Positions 1 through 13,000 of a stretch of 64,000 bases of DNA are shown here, piece by piece (the first letter of the stretch is position 1; each line of letters opens with the position of its first letter). The stretch is from positions 5,208,001 to 5,272,000 of the forward strand of contig JAYWIR010000004.1 in NCBI GenBank assembly GCA_036172245.1, written 5' to 3'. The notes under the pieces were generated by a model. It was not told the DNA's origin. It saw only the letters and a program-made list of their open reading frames with translations, and searched no databases. The position numbers were made by a program, and so were the translations under genes. Origin of the DNA: Raillietiella orientalis (Eukaryota).

Positions 1-1390
1 AATAATTAAAATTTCCAGGACATAAAGGTTATTGCGACATGTTTTTCCATTTACATCATTTTGGACAACGCTTTTCAGTTTTTGAATTTAGGAAGTAAGA
101 TTATCATTCTATAAACTTCCTTCCTTTAATAATGTACCAAATTCATGCTCAGACCTCGAAAAAAATATCTGAGCTCATAAGCGCGAGATACCAATGTAGT
201 TAATCAGTTTCTCGAATAGTTTATTGCTTACAAAGAAGATAGTGTCGAACCCCAATAGGATGCTTAAATCGTGGTGTTTATTTAGAAAGGGGTTATTTAA
301 TTTAGATAACCAAATAACCTGCCATCTTATTCCAGTGATTGTAAAAACTCTAATCTTCCATGAATGTGCTACATAATATGAAGAAAGAAACGAATGATTC
401 AGGGAATTGTCATGATTCACTTCTTTCGTGAATTCCACTAATCATTATTTTGATAGCGAGTAAGATCTAAGATCATGGCAACTCATCAACCGAGACTTTA
501 CCGAACCATTCTCAATTCAACGTTGCAACATGGCAAACGGAGCACTTGCACACCTGTATGAATCCAATTTTTTTCTTCTTTTTTTTCAATATCAAAACGG
601 CAAACTTTTGCATTACAAACTATCATTAAAATGAGAAAAATCATCAAAAAGCAATTCCAACAAACATAAAATTGTGATTTTTAAGAAAACAGAAGAGAAG
701 TTTCAGCTCTGGAATCTCATACGATAAAATATTCAAGTTCGCAAATTCTATGCCCTCTAACTTCAGCGTTGGGCAAAGTGTGGAACAAGATCGTATAGTA
801 ACAAATTTCGAATATGATGTGGGAAAAAATTTTTTTTTTTATTCCTTCATAGTTTAAATGGAAACAAACATATTCAGACTCTATAAAAAAGACAGGAAAA
901 CATTTGGTAAAGTGAAGAAACAATTGTTTGCGTCTTCATTCTATTAAAGTCTGTTTTTAAATATAAATGTTTTATAAATTCGTCTTTTAGTGAGTAAAAA
1001 CAAGAAAAACATTAGGACACACTTCATCATCTATCCAAATCAGCTAGAATCAAAAGTTAATAAGATAATGTAAGATTTAGATATTTACAGCTAGGTCTAA
1101 ATCGTTTTGAACGTTCGCATCAGCGGTCCATATAAGATTTCGGTTAAATTTCCAGTCAAAATACACTAATTATTTAGAAGACTTCAGAAAATTGTCTCAG
1201 ATCAATACACAGTTCTTTATATAGTTCATATATTCAGAAAGTTCCAAGTTTAGAAGATCCATTTCCAAAGATTATTAATTTCTAAATAATGTTTTGAACA
1301 AAGCGATTTCTCAGGACTGTAACCAAATGTACACTACACTCTCACACACACAAATTCCTTATATAATAGAAATTAATGCTAGTTGCTTAC

Positions 1391-1468
1391 TCCATATGCT
1401 CTAAACAATAAATACAGTTCTCTGGGCTTTGCGTCCATAGGCAGTCCGCTGACAAACAGAGTGCGTAC
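1391..1468 (-). CDS. cpo: couch potato / RBPMS-family RRM protein, coding exon 2 (VRTLFVSGLPMDAKPRELYLLFRAYG)
   Basis: Manual translation gives the RNP2-containing start of the Cpo/RBPMS/MEC-8 RRM. The exon has a tttttag acceptor and a GTAAGC donor, is 78 nt and is phase 0/0. It is too short to appear in the ORF track. Confidence 0.95.
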
Positions 1469-4400
1469 CTAAAAATCAGGAAATATGTTTTAATGCAAGT
1501 TATGCACCTCAATGTTCATTTTAAAACATTAATACACAAGAAAATGTATTTAGCACATTTGATGGCACTTCCATAAAGACTATGAGGAAAATGTTGGAAT
1601 CTAATGGAACTTTTTCGCTTATTCGCCTTATTACGAGACTTCCTGATTTGATGATGCATCGCAGCAGCAGACATCTAGAAATCTAGAATATTTATAGCAT
1701 ACACATTTTTGTGCAAATATGGTCAAATAATTTTTACATTGAAAGCTTCATTCCTCGATATCTTACTTGCGAAGTAGAAAATTATTTTGGGGAACAAATA
1801 CATAGGAAATGACATTTCTTAAAATTGAAACGCTGACATTAATTTTGCATAGTTCACTGGGTTTTAGATAATGCTATACCATCTATGTGTAAGTCGCAAC
1901 AAAAATTTACCCTTGAATTATTTACAACATTGTTATTGTTGACATTATTATAAGGAATTTTGGAATAATGAATTTGAAATTATGTATCTATAAGAATAGT
2001 TTCTCGAGGCTAAATGAATTACAAACATAAAAATGAACTCCAAAATAAAAAATAAAAAAACATTCCGTGTTCGCATAAATTGCAAAGCAGAGATTATACG
2101 ATCATACGAGTATATTTAATATGCACATATGGGTAGTTAATCTTTTTGTAAATGAATTATCTCATGAACATCATTCAGCGGTGATGGATGATAAGGGGCA
2201 TCCAAAACATAGGTCTATCTCCTTTTTGGAAGAACGAAAAGTTTGGAGCAAGTAACTCCTTAGAGACGAAAAGAGTATGAGGGTTCGTGAATTTTTTTCG
2301 TTTTTGAATTTATATCTAGTTATCACATACAAAATAAAGAAAGAAAGAACGCAATTCAAGAGCTAGCTCATCTGCAGCATTCAAGGCCGCTACACATGTA
2401 GAACCCGAGGATATGGCATTCTCCATGTTTCGTTTTAGAGCCGAAGCCATTGAGAGAGCGTTTTCCCCAACTACCAGTGTGTGGACGAGCAGCAGAGATT
2501 CAGTGCTTTTCAGAGAGGTGCAAGATTAATGCATCACGCCAATTTTTGAAAAAAATGGAAGAAGACTGATCTAGAACAAAACTCGGGTTGATTCAGAGTA
2601 TAAAGTGTGGTGAAGAAAGAAAACAAAAAAAATTTCTGGTTAAAAAAGACGAGAAAGCAAAAATCTAGGGATGAAAGTATGGTAATAATATATGAGATGT
2701 CATCTATGATTATCTAGATTCTGTAGAACTCTTGTCTTAAACAAACGGCAGGAAAAACAAAACAAAAGAACCACATTTATGTAGATAACATCTCAGATCA
2801 ATAAGGATGGGTCTTGAAACATCAATTACTGTTCCAAAAACATCAAAATGTATTCATAATCTAAGATTATCTTCGAAAACTCAAAAGTTCAAATCAGCTG
2901 ACCAGTATCAACTTTAGTGTTATCTATATATTCAAAGTAGAGCACGCAGGCAGAACGTCTAACGTTCTAAATAAAAACGGAAGAAACATAGCGAAATTCA
3001 TAGGGAAACAACTGTAGTCAATGTTCAATGAGAATAGGTATTTGATTTCAATTTTCTGACTGAAGCAGGAATTAGATAAGGCAGACTTATGAAGAGCAGA
3101 GACAGATACATCAAGGAATATCAGGCAATCGACAAAATTGAATAATCAATCAATTTGTGTACACACAATGATCAAGGAGGTTGATAACGGAGATACCTTA
3201 ACGATCATTTTCATTAGGAAGAATTCTGGTTGATTTTTATCATTCCGCTTGCGCGGTGGTAAGGGCAAAAAACCGACTTCATAAGTATCAAGGGAAGTAA
3301 AGAATCATCGTGCTAGTGTCGTTGAAGATAAAAAAGTTTTGATAAGAGCTAATTGAGTTAAATAATTTGGAAGATACATATAGATCTTAGTTAATGACAA
3401 AAGACAATCTTTTAGATATTAAATTAAAAAATGTTTATGCAGCAGTGAAGTAAAGAGAAGAAAAATCAATCCATTCCTTGAGCTTTGAAGTCGAAATGTG
3501 AATGTCTCCACACTTGTTGTGAAGTGTAAAATGGTCCAGACAACAAATCAAAGGCAAAAAATACAGTCACGGATACATAAACTCCAATATAGGCACAATG
3601 TATAAACCAATTACATTTTAACTTCTCAAATAATTCAACTGTTTTTTGCAGAACATAATTCTTCAAATGAATGAACCAGTAAGTTGAAGTGTCAGGCAAA
3701 AAATCTTATCTACATCACAGAAAACAAATTTCATGGCAAAAAAAAAAGATCGGAAGGCAAACGCGAACTAGGAATGAAAACTTTAGCATGCCAAAAGGTT
3801 GCAAGTCTTCAAAAAAATATGCGGAAACATGCTGAAAAATAGTGAATAGAATATGATTAAAGTATCTATCTATCTATACATGTATATTTCGAAAATTTGA
3901 GGAAGAATAACTAGTGGCCCGTGAAATTGATACGATGGATGCAAAGCGTTCGTTTTTCAGTTTTCATCAATTCTGTATTTGCAAATCTGCTCTAATGGAC
4001 TTGCGAAGGTCATGCATGTTGAGAGAGGAAGCGGTTCTGTACAGAACGAAATAAATCATCTAAAAGATATCCAATTAGTTTTGAAAGTATACAAACAGTC
4101 AGGAAATAGACCCAGACACCTCACTGGCCCGAAACGTACTATTTGTGTGAAGTACGTTTTCCCTGAAACAGGACTTGAAAATCAAGACTCAACTTCATTT
4201 CGCATACTCTAACTGCTAGTAGATGATACTCTTAGTAGCACAGTCCTCGAATTAATACCTAAAATGGATTGTATTATAGGGAATTTACGGTTATTTATTG
4301 CTTTGTATCTCTCAGGTATGATGAGGATGAAGATTTATGTGCGCAAATCAATGTCGATTTTTTTTTTTCCATGAAATTATTTTTCTTCCTTGAACTCTTA

Positions 4401-6998
4401 TTACCAGAGCCACTGTCTGTATTCAGCCCAGTGGAGTAATATTAAGTAACAGCCGTGTAAAATGAAGTGATTCGAAAAATCCAGAGCAGAAATTGCTCAC
4501 ATTGAATTTTCAGACAAAACTGAGACTGAATAATATGAAAACCAGAAATAGGTGGAAACCATAAAAGATTCACAGTAATTTCGTGATCAAATACATGCAT
4601 TAAAATGGGGGAGGGGGATTTGCATGAGTATCATTCTTTCTGTTCTGTGCAGCTTATTTAGATTCAGAGAGGAAACGATCATTACATTAACGGTGAAAGA
4701 TGCGAGACGAACTTTTAGTTGTCACAGATTTCCAAAAGAAAATCGAAAACTCGGGCAAATTTTCCTCTAGCATAATCATAATGCATGAGATGGAATGAAT
4801 CGTCATCTTTTCTTCAAATGCATTTTCTTGTTTAGTCGGGGTGACATGGCTGCATGGGAAAACATCAAGACAACGGATCGGTGGAAGTAGCTGCTTCTGA
4901 AGAAACAACAGAATGGGTTTGTGGTCGGGGAGGACAGTGGATGAACATTTGCGACCAAGGTAACTTTTCAACAGTGTGAGCGCTACAGAAATGCTATCAC
5001 GAGTGAATCAAGTAGGTAGGCTTTTCGAAAAGCACTTCCGCAATGCTTGCAACCACTCAACGGACTTTAGTGGGGAATTCGAGTAAGCATTTGGGCTTGT
5101 TTCGCGACAGCTTTAAGTAACTTTATTGGGTCGACAAAGTAAGAACAGAAAACAATGCAGTGGTCATCATCACAAAATTCTGGCTGTTGACCAAATGAAA
5201 ACAGCAATGAATCATTAAGTGGTGCTTGCTGCCTGTTTTTTTTGTGTGTGTTTTTGTCTTTTTGTAAACAGTTTTGGGATTTTGAATGTCCAATTTAAAA
5301 TATCTAAATTTCTTTGATATTAGGTGTTCTTGCATTTGTATCGTCCTCTATATGATGATAACCTAACAGATAAAAGCAGCAATTATCAACACTAGAAGAA
5401 TACAATGTCATGAATGCATGCCTTAAAATTTCTAAAAATCAGTGAAATCTGAATCTAAGAACGTTTTCCTCATTTCTTAGATCATGTTATCCATATGCTT
5501 CGGCAAGCAGCAATTTGGCCTGCTAAATATTTGAAATCAAACCCACTTCATGGCTGAATGCTAGAATACTATCGGATATGAAAGACTTATTTTATTCTTC
5601 TGTATGTACAGTTGTCTTAGACGGTTGCAATGATCACATTTAGTGATTTGCAAAGTTTACAAATGTTTCGCTTTATTGCTTCGCCATTTTGTTACAGAAT
5701 CACACCAAAAGGAAATATCGATGATAAGGTCTACTGAATTGGAGAGATAAAGATTGTCCATTGTCCAGTACTACTTGGAGCTAAATGTATAATGTGCACT
5801 AGGTTTATCTGATCTATTCACAAAAAGAATTTGTTAATCATAACCGCAAATCATAAACGATAGGAAATCATCTTAATTACATCATAGACGCTGTACTGAA
5901 TACTTTTTTGTTCGGCTTATCTTGTGGTACAGCATGATATTACTTTTCTTTAACAACTTGAAAATCTATCCTCTATTGAATGAGGAAATCGATTTAAAAC
6001 ATTTAGCTAGACTAATGAAATTACAATTATTTGCATTAAAACTCTTGCTTTAGAGAGGGTATTATATAGGTATTTGCAATTAGAGACCCTCAATATCTCA
6101 TTTTGCAGATTTCTATCTCATTTCTATCTCATTTTCTCATTTCGGAAAATGAAACTATCTATATAGAAATAAAAAGCTGGAATTCAGTTTGAGAGGAATT
6201 TAAAAAACACACGGACATTGCTAATGGGGAACACACACACACAAATCAGTCAGTGAAACGAAATGAAAATTTGAAATTATATTGAATTTATCATCTCTGG
6301 TTTTGTTTTCTACAGATTGATTTTGTTTTACTTTCTATTCAGCATAAACGTGAAACATTACAAATTAGTTGATATGAGGACACGATAGATCTTTAAGCAA
6401 AAACGGAATCTTATACGCAAATGGAGAATTAAGAGCCTGAAATCGAACACGGGTTCACAAGGTTACCTTGCTATCGCCGAGTTCAAGCAATCACAAAGCA
6501 ATCTTCACTTTTTATTTGCAGAGCAAAGTTCTCAGAAGCGGTGCAGTCCACTTTATCATAAACCAAATCAAATGAGGACTTAACACAAATATTTGCTTTT
6601 GATTTCAGAATCTCAATTCTCTCAGGAAGTGTACCTGCTAATTTTCTCATAAAATAAAGAATGAGTCGAGTGGATCTTTTTGCCTATGTGTTTTTTCTAT
6701 GATTACTATCTTAATGTTCTAGGCGTATTTTAGCAATGATTACAAACATGTATCATAAATATACAGTGCTGTTGATTTGAAGTGATCCAGAAATGGATAT
6801 TCCTTCAACTCTACATTTCTGACTTAATTTCTTGGTGGCTTCCTCACGGTATATGATCCGTATTTAACAAACTTGCGTATTTCTCATGGGGTTTTTGTTA
6901 CTGAATATACCATTTAAAGAAGAAGGGAAGAAAGAAGAACAGAGTTCATATGTGCTTATGAAACAAAGATGGACGATGCACAAAACTGCTAATATAAT

Positions 6999-7015
6999 GG
7001 GGGGGGGGGGGGGGG
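6999..7015. repeat. G17 homopolymer
   Basis: Run of 17 G in AT-rich intron sequence. Confidence 0.9.
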
Positions 7016-10000
7016 AGAGTCCATGTTGGAACATTTAAAACCTTGAAAAGGCGAAAGTATGAAGGATTTTATCTACGAACGAAGGGAAATAAATTCAAAC
7101 TAAATTAATCAAAAATGAGGCTATCCTTGAATTAGAAGCATTTGGAAAAACCAAGAACGCGTGCACGAACACTTTGATTCTAGAATGAAAAATTGGAAGT
7201 GTGAATAGCACCAATTATTCCGAAAAACCTTTTCGACGAACAGACATCTGCAAGAAGTTTGCATTTGGGTGATCATCATGAAACAGCACGCTGCTTCATC
7301 AAGACAGAAATACAATCCAAACAAAAATAATGCTTTTCCCGAAAATCTACATTGCTTAAAGATGGAACAGAATTTTTGAAAAACTGTTGCTTCCCTGATT
7401 TGGTGCAGTCATTCTCCTAGAATTCATTGCTGGGTTTTCTAAACGCATCTCTCATTGCATACAGTACAACACTTTTTGGGGGATCGTTTTTCTTTTGTTT
7501 TTTTTATCTGCTGTTAAATCTGCAGAAAGTACTCGTGTTCTTTGCATTATCCAGGTTGGAATCGATAAAGATTCCTCCTATTATTATATGAGTCAATAGC
7601 TTATTCTCATCAATATGGATTAGAGATCAGTTTCCTTCATACTTCGATATTATTTTGATGTATGGATTTATGGACTTGAGCTTTAAAAAAATGAAAATAA
7701 AAAAGAAATTATAAACCAGTTATGTTTCAGTTATTTTAAGCAGGTTGCAAAAACTTCAAAATTTTCAGTTTGGAGAACAGTATTGTGCTTTACATGAGAA
7801 TGTTAAAAGCACAATGATAGACTGTCAGCTCGTCACATAAGAAACTAAATGACATTGTAATTCTGTAAACTGCATTCGCACTCCCTACCATTAGCCGAAC
7901 TTGTAAATGAGACTTTTAGTTCTTTAAATGCAAATCAATTTTTCATGAAATTTCCTCCTGGTAATTTTAAAAATGCATGCATTGCAGACATATACATGTT
8001 TAATGCACGTGGCATCTTGCTGCGAACGTTGAATATTTTACCCCATTTTTCCATGTTGAATATCCGAAATTCCCATTCTCTGCATTCTAGCTAACAAGAG
8101 TCCGGTCCGTTATACTGATAATGCATTTAATTGAGCAGTGTTCTGTTTTTTGCTTTACCAATAAAATTCTTAATTTCAAGAGGTTATATGTACAACACGC
8201 TAAGTGATTGATTTTCCTCAAATAAATTTGAAACGAGTTATTTTAAAATATGTTTCAATAAAATTCGTTTCGTGCTCATTCAGAGGTTTCCTTATCAGCT
8301 GAGGCACGCTATGTAATACTCAAAGAAGAATATTGCGTGACATTAACTTTATTAGTCAAATAGCGCTGTCATGGGGGTTTTGTCATTCTTCGGAATGATA
8401 AAGAACGATATGAGAATTCTGAAGGTTAGAATTGCAGTTCCATACGAAATCAGAAATTATTATTCTATTCCAAATTGGCATTGCCGGATGGGTTCATTTT
8501 TGCGTCCAATAAAGTCAAACTCATTTGGCCATACTTTTTAGCCGAGTATTGAAAGGCATGCACGGCTGCTGCGTTTGCGCTTCTTAAAACTGAAAAACTT
8601 GGATTGGCCAGCGTCAAGTAAGAGATCGAAATCCTTGTCTGTTTCCTCAAGCTTTATAATGCAATGATTATTTAAATATCTATACTTTCCAACTTCCTTC
8701 AGTCAATGTATCCTCATGTAATTTATATTTGACTAGTTTTCTCTGCTGTAGTATTTTTTATTTCGGATACAGTAATCAAAATCAATCAGTCATCAAGATC
8801 GCTTCATTCGGAATAGCCACAGACCATTATTTCGGGAGCCGATTACCACATGAAGCAAAAAATCATCAATCACTCAACAAGGAGATCATTTTAAACATGA
8901 ACTCATTTTTCAGCTTTCCAATGCTTCAGAATGCCATACTTCAATTAGCGCTAAAAAGGCGATCATGGAATTTACATTCCATGACAACTATTTATCTTAA
9001 AAAAGCATTCGATTGTCAAAATCGATTTCTTTTGTGCAAATCCAGTGTTTTCTGTTCGTTGATCATCTTCTGAATTTCGAAAGCACTTTTGTATTCTTGA
9101 ATCAAGTCTATCATCCCGCTTTCCTCATGGAACCTAGTGTTTGTTTCTGGTTCTCTAATCAGATCTCCAAGATGCAGATCTGAGTTTTCTGCATTATTCT
9201 GCTAATCCATACGTGAATTTTGGAGGTGAGAAAAGTTGTTCGTGGTTTGAAGCATCGTTTAAAAGGTACCTTTGCAAATAAACCTTGAGATCTCGAAACA
9301 GCGGCACTGATGCTCATTTAATAATAAATGCGCACCATATCAAACGCATATCAAAAGCTCTTTACTTTCTGTTTAGATCTTTTAAAGGGTGCATTCACAA
9401 TAGAAGGAAAAACTGTTTTATTATTTATGAAATATGGCGCTCGATTAAGGGGAGATTTGACACCTAAGACTGACTCTTTAAACTATTTTCCTGATGCAGC
9501 CAAGTATCAAAGTAAGAGGAAAAGTAAATATTGAAATAACATGTGTTTAAATAAAAAGAATTTCACACAAGAAGCTGCCTAGCTATTTCTTAGGAAGATC
9601 ACAAAATTTAATATAAAATCAGTTTATGATTTTTAAAATTCCATAGGCGCAAGATTTAGTATTTAAGATTTATACATCGAATAGGAAGACAGATCCCAGC
9701 CAATGACTTCGAGCTGCATTGTGAGCCTAAGAAAATGCTTATTTGACTGCAGCTCATTTCTTTTGCCACAGAAACGGATTTTGAGGATTAGTAACAAGCA
9801 TTATTACCAAAAGCTTCTTTATCTTTTCTCACAGACCAAATTAAATAGTGCTGCCTCTAAGCAATTGAAAATAACACGAAATCCCTCAAAAGATATTCAC
9901 GGCGATGAGTTGTCGTCGTACGATAGTTGCAGCTGATTATCTTTCCGATTGCAAATTTCTTTAACGAAAACTGCGAAGTTACAAATTCTCTAAAATAAGG

Positions 10001-13000
10001 TTTGCCAGAAAAATTCATTTGCATATCATCAACTCGCGGTAGTTCGTCACTGAACATCAGGGTCTCTCAAGAATGGAATGCATCTCTCATAACTAACTTA
10101 CAGCAAGTTAGTGATGTAGCACATCCGAGACTCCAGAATACCATTAAATGGAAAAGTATTCTTGAAGAGAGATGCAATGTATTTCTTTTTCTTTTCCCTT
10201 TTTTGCTAGTGATCTGTTTTAATCGCGAAAGAAACTCTGAGCTTTCGTTTGACAACACATCCCAAGATCTGCAAGAAAATGATCTCATTTCTCGATGTTT
10301 CTGGATTTTCACGTTTATTTGTTCATGGGAAGATACGAACGCAGCACAAGATCTGAAAAGTCGCTTGCATGCCTTTTGTCGCGTGCGCATTGAGGTGTAA
10401 TTTACCGACTACTTCCATGCCTATTCCCAATTAATTTCAGCCAATTCTTCAGTTCGCATTTTGCTCAATCGCGGAGTGTTTCCGTTTTTAGAGAGACATA
10501 TACAATTTTCCTGAGAACTTAATAAACAAGCGAAGTGGTTTTTCTTTAACATTTCTCAGGTTATCGCAGCTATGATGCACTCAACATCTGTACCATTTAT
10601 TTTCGAGTTTCCATTTCCCTCCTTTTCCATTTGTTTTCTTTAATTTACGTTTCTGATCCTTCTAAAGTAACACAAACAATTTGATCAGGCATCTACGTAG
10701 AGAGAATCGAGCCATGTGTTCTCAGAGTTCCATCTTCTGCTCCAAAATCCACTACACAGTTTCGGGGCATTGCTTAGCATGGTTACTAAGGACATGGCTG
10801 TTTCTTCGAGTTTCTGTTTTGTCGTAGTCATGAGCCGCCCGGTGCCTCTGTTTCCAAGGCCACAAAGTTCGCTCTTGATTGTAATGTGCTCATTCGACAT
10901 ATCGTGAACATTATCGTTTATACTGACCGTACACATGCCGAATGCTATGTGGCCTTTTGTGTGTGTATCAAAACGGAATTTTCATGATTGAACTATTTCT
11001 TTGTTTTATAATACACTATTTTTTTCAGGTATTTCTAATCCTTTCAGAAATTTTGTAGAAAAACACTCCAAATGTTCGGATATCTTCCGAATGTACACTT
11101 ATCAATTGGCAGTCACAACTGGTGCTAGGTTTTATGAAAACTTCGTATGACTTCATTTCAGTGCTTGTGAATTTTCTCATGAATCAGTTTTTTTCTGAAA
11201 CTTTGATACTTGGCTGCATTCTCAATAACTTCTTATGAATTGAAGAATTTTTCTTATGTATACAGTTTGAAGGACTTGAAGAGAGCAGCGTTCGAATCCT
11301 AAGGTTACAAATTTATCTCATTCCATGGACCATGCTTTTGCAAATTATGTTGAAAGTTCGTTCATTTCTAATTACTGGCTCATTTCTAATTCTGATTAAT
11401 TGATCTGATGATTTCAATTGGAATTCTGAGCGGTTTCGTTTCAACTTCCAGAAGTATAAGAATGTTTGAATTCTTTCTAATCCATAGTGCAACAGTCTCA
11501 GTAACTCCAAGACATGTTCTGATCCTTCTTTCCTTTGATGCTCCACTTTTCTCCGGTTCTTCTTTAAAAGTTCCATGCTTACGACGCATGTATCCCACCC
11601 ATTACTTCGTTCTACAACTGTAGTCACAAATGAGTCCAATTTCAGTATGAATTTTTCATTAAAGAATGACGGTGAGACATTTTCGTGGGCCTTTGTTCGT
11701 GTCAATGGATTTCGTTCTTTCTTTTAATTATTCTTGTTATTTTACCGGAACATTATTTTTTTTCCGTCGACGCAGCATATCGATCCGTTTAAATTTATGC
11801 ATTTCAAATGCAAAGCTGAGAGGCGCACAGAAACTGTTTGAATGGCTGGCGAAGTTGCCGGATTGCAGATGCTTGCAACCCATTCGGAACTCTGACCACG
11901 ATCCGGATCCTGCGCATTTGTGAGACTCGGAATGCGCGGGTTTCTATGGAGACCGGTTTCCACATTTCTGGCTTCCCGGCGTGATGCGCGCGTAGGTTCG
12001 TCCCTTTTCATTAGCTCGTCCAGACTCCCTTTCCTGCGAACCGAGTCGCACATTGGTCCAACGCGAGTGAGGAAGTGGTGAGAGCAAGCCTAGGAGGGGA
12101 TTTCTCAAATTGCGTTATTTGACTACGAGCGCAGCAGCTTCTCACGCACCACTCTAGGACCACTCTGTAGAGGGTTGCTGCTTTGCCGTCCATGAGCAAG
12201 GAAATCTAATCATGGCGTTTGGATTGAATCGCCATTCTATTGTTCCATTTTTCTGCGATTCCACAAATTGATTCTTCCTTCGAAGATAGAAATCCGTTAG
12301 CTGCCCAGTTCGCTAGTCCTTGGTATCTCCAGACGTTTTCTTGAGTTTGCGGTTAAAAGGATAGGAATTTTCCCCGCTTCTGTTTTCAATAGTTGTTTTC
12401 AGCATATCGTGAAAATTCGCTCACTAAAATAAGAGCACGTGCTAACTAGGTTGCGCTGTATTTATGCTTCACTTAATGCTTGTAAGCCTTCAATGAGATT
12501 CACTTGATTCTAATTGCTGTTCCCTTGCATATCAAAATAACAAACATTGCTTCAGTCCTCTATTGCAAAGCTGTTGTCATTGAAAGTGGCTATTTTTTTC
12601 GCAAGCTATTTTGTTCTCCTTGACAATATTTAGATTTTTCAAGCCCCAGTCGATCAGCTTTATCTTCGAATCATGGCTACTTTTCTAGTAATCAAGATTT
12701 CGGTGTACTGTCTTTTTCTCAGGAAACTTATTTCAGAATACAAGCCAATTGTCATGGGTATTGTGAATTTCACGGTTTTCCTTATGATCGAATCTTTCCA
12801 AAGTTTATTATTTTCTTTAACTGAAGGTCTTAGGTCTTATACCGATCTACCCTGTTCCTATACATTAGTTACATCTGTAACTTCTTTTTTGAATACAGAG
12901 AGGTTTCGAAAATTTTGCTGCTTCCTTGGAAATATCTGCTCAATCTCTAGTTTCAAATTATTTTTCCTGGCTCACTCCTTTCTTTCTCCTATCAATTTTT

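Noticed and set aside
512..553. Possible alternative terminal cpo exon (VCKCSVCHVATLN*) in phase with exon 2
   Set aside because: The acceptor is preceded by a purine-rich tract, and the peptide does not resemble the expected GYEGSLLK continuation, which probably lies beyond the window edge.
6430..6490. tRNA/SINE-like T-loop (gttcgatt) on the minus strand
   Set aside because: The T-stem pairs poorly, and no acceptor stem or A-box could be built.
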